Origin: Eukaryota sp. TZLM1-RC
Taxonomy: Eukaryota; Protista; Metamonada: BaSk clade
Direction of reading: 5' to 3'
Length of the DNA stretch: 64,000 nucleotides
Assembly: GCA_040285825.1 (NCBI GenBank)
Contig: JAUPSS010000001.1
Location: forward strand, 2,356,001-2,420,000
Part shown: piece by piece, positions 12,806-25,000 of the stretch
Numbering within the stretch: position 1 is the first letter of the stretch
How the letters are laid out: each line of letters opens with the position of its first letter
Program-made: the position numbers and the translations under genes
The notes under the pieces: generated by a model
What the model saw: the letters and a program-made list of their open reading frames with translations, nothing else
Told to the model about the DNA's origin: nothing
Databases searched by the model: none

Positions 12806-13899
12806 CAAACAAAGTTTAAAATAGGTGAATGGTATACCCTAGCATGTAAGGTCAATTGAGAGAGATTTTTTGCAATCTCTTTCTTGAGGTACAGAGTGTG
12901 CACTCGAACACTCAGTACCCTAGCTAAATTCAAATTGTTAGTTTTATGTTGATTGTTACTTCTAACTCCAATGGTGATTATAAATAGACCATCTTTTATT
13001 GCAAAACATGTTATAACATACATCATTATTCCTCCGTCTTTTCCTTTAGGAGGAGGAAAACGTAAACAAAGTTCAAACTATTTGTTTAGTTCTTGATTAT
13101 AATTAAAAGCTAATTTTAATGTTAATGTCACTATTCAGATCTTGATCTTGTTTCCCCCAAAATGAAGTTTTTGTAAACATCATTTGCCTTTTTGTTGTAT
13201 TCTAACTCAATTTGATTTCTGTAGCTTCGTCTGTTGTCAACTTTTACGGTTAAATCATCAAAAAACTCAGAATCACATTACTAATATTTAAGAAATGTCA
13301 AAAAGCAGTAGGTCAAAGCGAAGTTTTTGTGTAATATTTTTTATTTTTTTTTCAAATTTGAAAGTTTGATATACAAACAAGGCCAGGCCAGTAATTTAAA
13401 ATTCTAAGAGAAAATGTCAACCACATATCATTTAGTGAAAATTTCCAGTGTTGTTCAAGAAGAAATGTTATTCATCATTTCTTAAAATCATTCAGAACAT
13501 TTAGGCAATGTAATAAAAATAGTGAAACAAAAATATTATTGAAGCAATGATTTTTGCAGATTGTACGCTGTTTCAGAAAGAATATTCAAAAATCAAATTG
13601 ATTTACCCCAATCCATTGGTAAAAGCTTATATCCAGTGAGAAGTTCTGTGAATGATGAAATTTGATTACCAAACCTGGTGGAATTGATTTTTCGTTTCAA
13701 TGTCCCTACCAATATCACTGAGCAAAACTTTCCTTCTTTGAAATTCATTTCATTGATTAAATCTGATGAGTATAGTCTGCTAGATTCTCCCCTATTTCCA
13801 ACAAAATTTATAAATAACAGTTTAATCAAATTTGTCAGGTCAACCAAGAATGAATTCTCAGACATTTTTTCATTAAATACATTTACTCTGAAACGCAAA

Positions 13900-13972
13900 C
13901 AAAACAACTAAAACAAAAAACTATAACTCAATATCCTTAATACACGCATCAACATCATCAAATCTCTTCAGT
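13900..13972 (-). mobile_element. 3' tip of non-LTR element N3 (split by Gypsy C1)
   Basis: Joined across the CAGT TSD with 29559+, it reads ...LGIEYENRALKRFDDVDACIKDIEL*, homologous to the N2 C-terminus. Confidence 0.75.
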
Positions 13973-14064
13973 TGTTGCCTAAAGTCTATTGTAGTAAAGA
14001 AAAGTCAATGAGGAAAAGTTGATTTAATTTCTAATCATATTATATAAGCCTTAGGGCGCCAACA
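13973..14064 (-). repeat. 3' LTR of C1 (92 bp)
   Basis: Direct repeat of 29463-29554; PPT GAAAAAGGGAAGAAGCAG adjacent. Confidence 0.95.
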
Positions 14065-14194
14065 CTGCTTCTTCCCTTTTTCAAAATAAAACAGCTTATA
14101 TGAATATGAAACAAAAACTATATACAAATAACGAAATAACTATAAATAAATACATATAATCGATATAATATAAATATTCGATATAAACTAAGAA

Positions 14195-14735
14195 TTAGCT
14201 CCTCTTCCTAATTCTATTACTGCGTCTAGGCTTCTTAGAAGGCGTAGCCTCATTGGAGGTACCTTGTTGTCGACTAGTGGTACGTTTACCTATTTTCTTG
14301 TTATCCTTACTAAATAACTTATAAGCTTCTGAGTGTCTAACCGAATGGAGTGGCTCTTCTGTTGTCTCACCGCCAAACAATTGAACAGTACAGAAACTAC
14401 CTGAATCAGAGTGGTATTCTGAGAGGATTTTCTCTATAACGTGTTTTTCGAAATCGCCTGCAGCGACTGCCTTGAGGAACTCAATGTCCTGTGGATTTTC
14501 TGCGTTATAGGTTTTGCAATCTTTCTTGGCAGCTTTTAATTCCATGCCAGTAGTAAGATTCTTCAATAATAAAGTGGATTTGGAAGGAAGGTCAACAACT
14601 AAAAATGGTCCATTCCAAGATCCATGCAATTTATTATTTTGCTTGGTTTTACGTAAGACGTAGTCACCAATATTAAATGCTAAAAAACACGAATTAGTAT
14701 TATCTACTGAAGACGGAGTATTTAATGTTTGGTGA
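14195..14735 (-). pseudogene. C1 integrase C-terminus with chromodomain and basic tail
   Basis: GPF motif and VIEKILSE..CTVQ.FGG chromo-like domain; homologous to the C-terminal part of 45288..46094. Confidence 0.85.
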
Positions 14736-14906
14736 TGTTGGCTTTAGTGCACGTTGGTTTTCCATAAACGAATAAAAACAGATGTTTATAGAACAGAGGT
14801 AGAAAATCAACAATAAACTAAACAATAACAAATTCAAACTAATGTTGACGTGATACATCACGTCATACTTTCCGAAATCGGCAAGAGAAGTTTAGCCTGG
14901 CTAACA
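14736..14906 (-). repeat. 3' LTR of Gypsy B (171 bp)
   Basis: Direct repeat of 21887-22057; purine tract ending GGCAG adjacent. Confidence 0.95.
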
Positions 14907-17900
14907 CTGCCTCTTCTTCCTTCTTTTTCGTTGTTTCTTGGCTGGAGGATCGGATAGTTTCACATAACGGGAATAGGCGGAAGTATTCTTAATGGATGAG
15001 ACAGGTTGTTTGGTGGTAGTCCCATCAGACCACAAAACGGTAGCTAGGTTACTAGAGATATCGAGAATAGCGTCCAGGAAGGCCTCTCCGGAATCTGCAG
15101 CGGCATAGGCATCTAGAACAGCGGGCGGCAAGGAAGAGTAACAAGGCTTAATGAGGTGTACTGAAGTTTTCAAGGAAGAGCGGGTAACCGGATTCAGAAC
15201 AAGAATGGAACTAGAGGATAGAATCTTCTGAACGGTGTAGGGCCCGACATAATGACCATGAAGTTTGTCTGGCTTCTCGCGCAGAACAAAGACACGGTCG
15301 TCTACTTGAGGACGATAAGAGGGCTCGGGCATATCGACAGTAGATTGATCAAGGGACTGGCCTACAGCTTCCCAGGAAGAGATAAGCCTCTCTGTCAATT
15401 TATGCAGGTGTTCGATGAATTCTGGTGTATCAGCAGGCAAGGAATGGGAGGCAAAGGAAGTCAATAGCTGGTTGGGCAGGAGACGAGGAGAGGAGTCAGA
15501 TCCGAAAATTAGACTATATGGAGAGGCGTTCAGAGCTTTCCTTTCTTGTGAGTTTAATACCATCTGGCAGAGGGGAACGTAATCAGACCAATTATGGTAA
15601 TCGGAGAAGTCGAGCAGCATACGTCGAATGACTTGAAGAAAGCTTCGGTGTTGGCGTTCTACCAATCCATTGGATTGATGGTAGTGGGGCAAGGACTGGG
15701 TATGTTCAACGTTCAGGAATTGGCATAGCAGACCGAATATCTTGTTGGCGAATTCGGGTCCGTTGTCAGTGTGTATACAACGTGGGGCACCGAAAACGGA
15801 GTAAACAGAGGAGATTAAGGAGTTGGCTACGGTTAAAGCCTTAAGGTCTTTCGTAGGGACTAGGATACTGAACTTGGAGAATGCATCAACAAAATGAACA
15901 ATATATCGGTAACCATAGGAGTCAACGGGCAGGGGGCCAATGGAATCGCAATGGATACTTTCAAATGGGCGGCGAACGGAATTCAAAGATCCAGTGGAGG
16001 AAATCAATGTCTTTGGAACGGGGGCAGTCTTTTGGCAAGGGATACAAGTATTGATGTGGGTTTGGAGGTCGCTTCGCATGTGGGGCCAGTAGAAGTCAGA
16101 CTGTTGGAGGGACTTCCAACATTGAGCGAAAGAAGGATGTCCGGCTTCGGTGGATCCGTGAACCAGAAGGAGGATCTCGGATCGAAGAGAGGGCGGAATC
16201 AAGATCTTATTGGATTGGGTTAGCTTTAAACCCAGTTGAGGTTCAATCCTACAATCAACAAACAGAGGATCACTATCAGGGATCTTTTGTTGTTCCTTGA
16301 ATAGCTTGTCAAGGAATGAACGTGCGGGTGAGTTTCGGACAAGGGGATTGCTGATCAAATCGGAACTTGCAGGAGATTCAGATAGGGAATGTACCAGGGA
16401 AGCAACATGGTGAGAGTCGGAATCGGTGGAGATCTCAATCATGGCGGAATCAGAGCTGAATCTACGATCACGTTCATCGTCTTCGGACATGAACTGGGAG
16501 CGGAGGAAACGGGGATGATCGAACACTTCCGGGTGAAGTTCAAATATCTCTCTGCGAGTGGGCAAGTGGAACTGGGAACTAGGAAGGTAGTAAGTGGGGA
16601 GATCGTCTGAGGAGCGGTTGATGTCTATGAAGGCCTGACGACCATCTCTACTAATGATTTCGAGAACTTTATCTCGAATAATGAAGTCGAGACGGGAGCG
16701 GTATTGAGTAGGGCTGTCAAACAGCAGGGAACGGATGTCCTCGAAGTGAGAGCAGGCCTGAGAAGTTTCTAGTATGAATTGGGGTTCATCTTCGGTTCTA
16801 AGGACTGAGTGATAGTCCAGCGGCAAATAGTGGTAGTGAATTCCTCTATCACGAGGGTCTATTCGATGGCTATGAACCATCTCCAGGCATGGAATGGCTA
16901 TGGGACAGGGAGTGACCTCGTCATCGTCGTAATGGTAGACGGAGTGGATCTCAGGCTTGATTAGGCAAAGGGGAATGAAGGAAGTGATGTCTCGAGATGA
17001 GGGTAAGGTGTAGTCAGCGTAAAAGGGGTCAGGGTGAGGTTGGTGATCGGTTAAAGCGGGACGTTTAGGGGTAGGTCTCAGGTTAGAGTATGTCAGAGCG
17101 GTAGGGAGTAAGCAAAAATCATATAGCTGTTCTCCAAAGGGGGTACCAGTATGAGTATCAGGAGTCCAAGGGAAATGATCACATTTAGGGCAGTTTGGAC
17201 ATTCTCTGGGGTTGCAAGGAAGGGGGTTGAATCATGAAAGCAGCGGCTACTTTGGTTGGCACGTTTCCACAGGTTGGGGAAATATAACGGCGGTGGATCC
17301 TTATTCAGATGCGATTGATTGATTAGAAGGTGGTATCGGTGGGTGAGGTGGCGGTTTCTTTCCCAGCTAAAAGGGGCCATGTGAGTAGGGAGAGGAATCA
17401 AGTGGAAGATATGCACGTGGTCAATCAGAGAACCTAGGGTTACATTGGGATGAATATAGTTGAGGACAATAAGGTGAGCGTTCAGGGGCATAACCTTGGG
17501 AAGATAGTCTATCTGGGGCATCTTGGGATGCTGGAAGTATATGCGAGAGTTCCAGTTGGCCTGTTGAATCAAATCGTTAACCTTGAAGTTTCTAGCATAT
17601 ATAGGTTCAGCATCGGGATCAATAGGAGCGGACACTGGCCGAGGATCAAAAGCAGCTTTGCCAAAGTCTTTTGGAGCGAATGTGTTGTTAAATAGGAGTG
17701 GTAAATCGGTTGAGAGGACGAAGAAGCGGGCGGAAGAGGGAGAGAGTAGCTCGTTAGGTTCAGGATTCAAATTGTATTGGATAAAGTGTTTGCTGGAGTT
17801 GAGGTAAGCAGTAACAGAATGCTCAGGACGGAGAGCAGAGGGGTGATGGGTTCTACGGGCGGTATCAAAGTCAATGTCATACCAATGAGGGGAGGAGTGC

Positions 17901-20900
17901 GTCAGACCGTCGAGGTTCAGGTAATTCCATAATGGAGATCTAGCCGATCCTCGATGAGTCATCATGCAGCACAGGGCGGGCGCAGGATTGTCAAAGACAC
18001 TTCTGGTCTTCTTCTCTTCTTTCTCCTTCTTCTTTGAAGCAGTTTCGACATAGTTAGCCCTAGATAAGTAGTCAGCCCAGTAGTTCTTAGTTCCTTCAAT
18101 GTGAACACAGTCGAAGGAGAAGGACTGAAGGACGGGGATCCATCGGAGAACAACTCGATTGTTGTCGGGGCAAGAGAACAAATATGCAAGGTTCTTGTGA
18201 TCGCAGAAAATGGTTAGGTGCTTAGTCAGAAGATATGACGAGAGATTGGGTTGGTTCAACGTCATAACTATAGCGAAAAGCTCTTTCTGAAGGGTGGATT
18301 ATCGCTGTTGTGAAGGAGTTAGAATACGTGAGTAGAAAGACACGGGCATTACCTTGCGTTTTGAAAGGCAGGTTCCTGGGGGGCAAGGTTCTAACTCTTT
18401 CCAGACAATACCAGCGATAGCTTTGTCAGATGCGTCGGTGGACACAAGAATTGTGTCATCTGGGTCAGGTAAGGCGAGAGGAAGGCTATTAACCACCATT
18501 TCCTTGATATTGTTGAAGCATTGGAGTTCTTGAGGTCCTAACTTGATGCGTTTAGGTTTGTTCTTCAATAACGCAGTTAAGGGGGCAAGTTCTTTGGATA
18601 CAGAGGGGAGCCAGTCACGGAGAAAATTGATCGAGCCAGTGAAGGATCGGAGTTCGGGGACGGAAGTCGGAGGGGCTAGGTTACGTACGGTTTCAATCTT
18701 AGAGGGATCGATGCGGCGCTTTCCATCTTCAAAGATGGTTCCAAGTATCTTGATAGGATGTCGGTCGGTCTGGAAGGAACACTTGTGAAGACCGATTCTC
18801 ACACGATAACGGCGAGCACGAGACAAGATGTAGTCTATTCTTTGTAAGAAGGCTTCTTTCGTTGAGGCGGCTACGATGATATCATCCATATAGATGAATA
18901 TTCCTTCAGAGTCAAAAATACCTTTCATGAGGTTTTGAAACACAGCAGGAACATTCTTCAGGCCAAAAGCAGCACGGGTGTATTTGATCTTCCTTCCGGG
19001 GATGACTATGGCCGATTTCTCTTGATCATCGGGATGCAGATTTAACTGCCAGAAGGCTTTTGGCAAATCCAGGGTGGCAATGTATTTATTACCAGAGAGG
19101 AACTCACAGACATCAGAAATCTTGGGCAAATCGGCTGGAACAGGGACAGTTAGGTCGTTGATGCCTCCAGCACCGGAGTAATCTCCAGTTAGACGAGGAG
19201 GTTTCCCAGGGCGTTGGACGAGACAGATAGGAGAGCTCCAAGGTCCATCATAGGGCACAGCAAAACCATTGTTTACGAGCACGTCCATTTCTTCGTTGGC
19301 AACCTTTAGCTTATCCGGGGACAGGTAACGGAATTTCTTAGAGACAATCTTGGATTCATCGTGGAAAGGAATGCGCATCGGTGGACAGTCTATACCTTCG
19401 GGAGCTGGGAGCTTAGAAAATACTTCTGGGTATTTGAACAATAAATCTTTGATCGAAGTTTCCAGAGCAGGGTCGTTCAGCAGAAACGAGGTTTTGTCCA
19501 GATCAGGGAGAGCGGAGAGAGCAGAGACTCGGTCAGACGGAGGAATGAACAGATCAGGGATTGATTCATCTTCCATTAACTGATAATTTTTATCAGATAG
19601 GTTAAGGAAGAGGTAGTCATTGGTTAGGATGCCTAGCCTTTTGAGGAGGTCGCAACCAATGATACATGAATTCTGGCAAGGGAGTACAGCAAGGGTTACG
19701 TCGATAAAGGTGAGCTTAGCGGCGCCTCCAAGAGAGAAGGCGAGCTTTCCAGAAACAAGGGGGCAGACAACTTTAGTCCGATCAGCTAGTCCTACTTCAA
19801 GGGAGTTATTCGTGGGATGGAGCTTGGCCTTTTTGGTTAGATCTTCAGAGATACAAGAGATAGTGGCTCCAGTGTCTACCATTCCGTACAGGAAGGTCTG
19901 TTCATCGACTAGGATCTTCAAGTGGAGCAGCTTCTTGTCTACAGGCTTGTTGAGTTCTTTCTCAAATATTGAGATCATAGGCTTAGCGAGGGAGTCGTCC
20001 TTCTTGAACAGTTCCTTAGATCCTTTGGTCTTGTTCTTAGAGCGTTTCTTGGTTAATTCAGAGGCATCATGCGTTACTCCACCGTCGGCGTAAGCACAGT
20101 CGGCGTCGACCAGCCCAGACTCAGTGTCGAGGTCGGGATTAGCTTCCAACGACAAAGAGTCTATGTTACGGGAGGGAGCCTTTCCTGGCGGTACCACATG
20201 AGATAAGCTTGAAGAAACCTTCGAAACTAACTCGTTAGAATTAGACACGGGATTAGAGGATGGTTCAGAGGAGGATGAGAGAGAACGAGAGATAAGAGCG
20301 TGGTTTGAATCTGAGACAGGAGGGGCTATTGAATCTAAGTTGTCGAAGAGTTCTTGAAACTCTTGAGCGTCAGAGAATGACAGGGAGGGTGTTGAGCTTC
20401 TGGATGTTGAAGGAGATGTCGAGTAGTTATAAAGGTTTATTGAGGAGAATGGGTTAAGGGTCATGCTATAAGAATCATTGTCAGAACTAGAGGAGGATGA
20501 GGACATTACTCCATGCGGGAAGATGCTCTCGACGGCAGTATCTTCTTTCAAAGCAGACTGAATCGAATCAATGATTGAATTAACCTGGGGCTTTTCAGGG
20601 TTGGCGTCAGTTACTTGGTTGACTTGGCGGCGAAGGTTGTGCTTTCTTTGGAGGGTAGGATTGTTTCCATATTTTCGAGGTTTGCTGGCTTTGCATCCAG
20701 GCTTTGGGCAGTCCTTCACCATATGGCCGGGCTCCTTGCAATAAAAGCAAGTTATGGGAGAGGGAGACTTCTGAGGAGAGAAATATTTCTGCTCAGAACG
20801 AGGACTTTGACGGGAAGGCGAAGACTTGGGGGTGGAGCGAACGGAATAAGACTTGTTGGCAGAGCGGTGGGCCTGGGGAGTTCGAGAATTCTGACGAGAG

Positions 20901-21916
20901 GGTTGAGATCTAGGAAGAGGAGGGTTTTGGCCATGCAGAGTATAGTAAGCAGAGTACGGGAGGTGATAGGAAGGGAGAAGTTGACGGAGGCGAGAGACTA
21001 AGGAGGAGAAGCTATCAATAGAGCCAGTTTCTATGTCGGTTCGGATGATAAAGCGGAGTCTCTCGGGGCGTATTCCATTCGTAAAGAACTTCATACGGGC
21101 AGATTCAGGTAGTTCGGAGGGACAGAGCCGGAGTTTCTTGAGGAAGACAGAGATGTAAGAAGTGATGGCTTCTTCAGCGGTTGGAGCGGACAGATTGAGT
21201 TTCAGAGATTGGAGCTTATGATAAGCCTCAGCAGAGTCTTCAAAACGGCAAAAGGATAACAAGTGGGAAAGAACGGCTTCAGGGTCGTTAGGATCGATTC
21301 CTTCGAAGATTTCGAAGGTCTCTAACACTACAGGGGCAATAGTACATAACACGTACGGCAACATAGCTTGATGAAGTTGATTCTCAGAAACGAGGCGGCG
21401 TCTTTCGAAGGTAGCAACATTGGTAGTATCGGAAGAGTCAGAAGGCGGGTCTTGACTTTCTTCAAAATCCATCTCGGAGGGAAGTTTGAAGTTTCGAGGG
21501 TTTAAGGTCGAACTTGGTTTTCTCGTTCTAGTGGAGACAGGGGTAGATTCGGAGGTGTCTTCAGTACTCAATTCGGAATTCTCGGTGAGAGAAAGTTGGG
21601 ATTTCAGAGCAGCGACTTCTTGGGCGAGAGCCTTGATAACTTCTCGGTCAGAATCGCAGTAGGAGGACTCGGGTGCCTTCGAGCCGGAGGGAGACTGAGA
21701 GTGAGTAGAAGACGGATATCTTCTTGTCATGTCTGACGAGACATGATGAGAGGACATACGAGATACGTACACCTTAAGCGCTTCCACATACTGGGAGATG
21801 GCTTCTCGACCAGTGTGTTGTAAATACGGAGCGACTTGAGGGTACCTGGCTACGGAGTTGGATTCTCTGGCGTCCACAGTAATTACTGTTGGCTTTAGTG
21901 CACGTTGGTTTTCCAT
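14901..21916 (-). pseudogene. Gypsy B Gag-Pol (one in-frame TAA at 18299-18301 and one frameshift near 17200)
   Basis: CFYCKEPGH..C knuckle, VDTGA protease, YMDD RT, RNase H, large unknown insert, HHCC + DDE integrase, chromo-like tail; likely start MENQ at 21916. Confidence 0.9.
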
Positions 21917-22057
21917 AAACGAATAAAAACAGATGTTTATAGAACAGAGGTAGAAAATCAACAATAAACTAAACAATAACAAATTCAAACTAATGATGAC
22001 GTGATACATCACGTCATACTTTCCGAAATCGGCAAGAGAAGTTTAGCCTGGCTAACA
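21887..22057 (-). repeat. 5' LTR of Gypsy B (171 bp)
   Basis: Direct repeat of 14736-14906. Confidence 0.95.
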
Positions 22058-22061
22058 GTGA

Positions 22062-25000
22062 CGCTCTGCTTCTTCCCTTTTTTCTTGTAGACGAGTGTTT
22101 TTCATTTTGATGTCATCTAATAAGGGGATATTAGTTTCAAATTTGGATAAATTTCCTAATATATTAGCAGGGTCTGTTCTTGGGCTAATCGAAGAACCAA
22201 ACATGAGTTCGTATGGGGTAAAACCAGTTTTTCTGCTTTCAGTAGAATTTATTAATAGTTGGGATATAGGTACGTATGTAGACCAATTTCCGTAATCGTT
22301 GAAATCTATTAATAGTTTCCTTAAGCATTGAAGAACGTCTCTATGTTTACGTTCTACAAGTCCATTACTTTCTGAATAGTGGGGAATTGAGTTACTCGTC
22401 TCAATCGCTAATCTGTTACACACTATTTTAAAAGTCTCGTTGGCGAACTCAGGTCCATTATCACTATGAATTAACATAGGTATGCCAAAGATAGCGCAAA
22501 CATTCCAAATTAAGGCATCTGCGGTTTCTAAGGCATTGAGTTCTTTTAGAGGGACTAAAATTGTATATCCAGTAAAAGAGTCTACAAATACTAAAAGATA
22601 TTTATTTCCTTCGTTGTCGGAATTTAGGGGTCCAATTGTATCGACGTTTAATCTGGCAAAAGGACGATTTGCCCATAAAGATCCTGTGGAAGGTGTTCTG
22701 AGCTTCTGAGTGTCTAACCGAATGGAGTGGATCTTCTGTTGTCTCACCGCCAAACCATTGAACAGTACAGAAACTACCTGAATCAGAGTGGTATTCTGAG
22801 AGGATTTTCTCTATAACGTGTTTTTCGGAATCGCCTGCAGCGACTGCCTTGAGGAACTCAATGTCCTGTGGATTTTCTGCGTTATAGGTTTTGCAATCTT
22901 TCTTGGCAGCTTTTAATTCCATGCCAGTAGTAAGATTCTTCAATAATAAAGTGGATTTGGAAGGAAGGTCAACAACTAAAAATGGTCCATTCCAAGATCC
23001 ATGCAATTTATTATTTTGCTTGGTTTTACGTAAGACGTAGTCACCAATATTAAATGCTAAAAAACACGAATTAGTATTATCTACTGAAGACGGAGTATTT
23101 AATGTTTGGTGACGCTCTGCTTCTTCCCTTTTTTCTTGTAGACGAGTGTTTTTCATTTTGATGTCATCTAATAAGGGGATATTAGTTTCAAATTTGGATA
23201 AATTTCCTAATATATTAGCAGGGTCTGTTCTTGACCTAATCGAAGAACCGAACATGAGTTCGTATGGAGTAAAACCAGTTTTTCTGCTTTTAGTAGAATT
23301 TATTAATAGTTGGGATATAGGTACGTATGTAGACCAATTTCCGTAATTGTTGAAATCTATTAATAGTTTCCTTAAGCATTGAAGAACGTCTCTATGTTTA
23401 CGTTCTACAAGTCCATTACTTTCTGAATAGTGGGGAATTGAGTTACTCATCTCAATCGCTAATCTGTTACACACTATTTTGAAAGTCTCATTGGCGAACT
23501 CAGGTCCATTATCACTATGAATTAACATAGGTATGCCAAAGATAGCGCAAACATTCCAAAATAAGGCATCTGCGGTTTCTAAGGCATTGAGTTCTTTTAG
23601 AGGGACTAAAATTGTATATCCAGTAAAACAGTCTTCAAATACTAAAAGATATTTATTTCCTTCGTTGTCGGAATTTAGGGGTCCAATTGTATCGACGTTC
23701 AATCTGGCAAAAGGACGATCTGCCCATAAAGATCCTGTGGAAGGTGTTTTTGATCTTTTAACTGGAGCCGTTTTTTGACAAGTTGGGCATCTTTTGACAT
23801 GATTAATGAGGTCCTTTCTCATAATGGGCCAGTAGAAATCGCTTTTGGATAGTTTGTGTAAACTATCGTTTTTACTAGGGTGACCAGATTGAACCAAACC
23901 ATGTATTAGTAGTAGTGCCTGTTTTCTGAGGCTCTTTGGAATCAAAATTTTGTTTTTATTATTTTTCCAAATTTGAGTATTTTCATCTAGAATTGCATTT
24001 TCAAATAACGAGTCGTTGTTGTTTTTGGCTATTTGTTGTTCGGATCTTATCTTAGAGAACCAAGAAGAAAAAATAGGTAGGTCTTGGTGTCTACTTAGAG
24101 ATGAGATTGATGGGATGTCTTCAAGGTCCGAATCAGAATCATCGTCTAGTGGAGGTATCTCGTAATTTGAAAGTAAAGTATCTGGTATATTTATGCTACA
24201 AATAGAAGGAGTTTCCTCGTTTTGATCCAAATCAATATTCCTCGATAACATATCTGCCCAATGTTGTGGTTGTCTTCACCAGGTTCGTGGACTATGTCAA
24301 AGTCGAATTCAGATAGTATCGGCAGCCATCTCTTTACAATTCTATTTTTCTCTGGGGCTGTAGCCAGGAATGCAATGTTTTTATGATCTGTGAAAATTGT
24401 TAAATGTCTAGTTAACAAGTAGCTTTCTAAACAACTTTCAGTTAAAATCAAAAGTATTGCATATAATTCTTGTTGTAATGTGGACCATTTTCTTTGTGTT
24501 TCTGTAAGTAAGCTACTGTAGAATGACAAAGGTTTTACTTTCCTTTTATTCAGCGGGGTTTCTGCAGGGGAGTAGGGTTCAATTTCTTGCCAAATAACAC
24601 CTCCTACTGCTACATCTGAAGCGTCAGTACTTATCAATACTCGCTTGCCCGGAGCTGGTAATTCAAGGGGCATGTGGTTTACTATTAAGTCTTTTATTTG
24701 TTTTAAGTAATCGTCATGCTTGCTAGTCCATTTAATTATTCTGGGTTTACCTTTAATTAGCTCGTTAATTGGAGCAATTGATTCAGAAATACCTGGAAGC
24801 CAATCTCTAATATAATTGATGGATCCTACCAATGAGCGAACTTCTTTCACTGTTTTTGGTCTAGGGATTCTCATCAAGGCTTCGATTTTTTTCTTACTAA
24901 TAAATCTAGTTTTATCCTGGAAGGTACTTCCTAAAATGTCGATAGGGTGTTTTGATGTTACGAATTTACATTTACGTAACCCTATATTTACACGTCTATT

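Larger units (their letters stand above)
14736..22057 (-). mobile_element. Ty3/Gypsy element family B, full length, nested in the C1 integrase
   Basis: 171-bp LTRs at 14736-14906 and 21887-22057 (1 mismatch); TSD GTGA at 14732-14735 and 22058-22061; empty site visible at 23109-23112. Confidence 0.97.

Noticed and set aside
13593-13911. Short ORFs as genes
   Set aside because: No recognisable motif; non-ATG starts; AT-rich, possibly decayed TE
18299-18301. Programmed read-through stop between RT-RH and the rest of Pol, or GG>AA editing (also TGG>CAA at 46228-46230)
   Set aside because: The stop replaces a conserved RNase H Trp that is present in A, C and D; two events are too few to claim hypermutation
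21917-22012. Upstream in-frame ATGs extending B Gag with a hydrophobic leader
   Set aside because: Lies in T-rich LTR sequence, one ATG is polymorphic between the LTRs, and the position conserved in D and E corresponds to 21916
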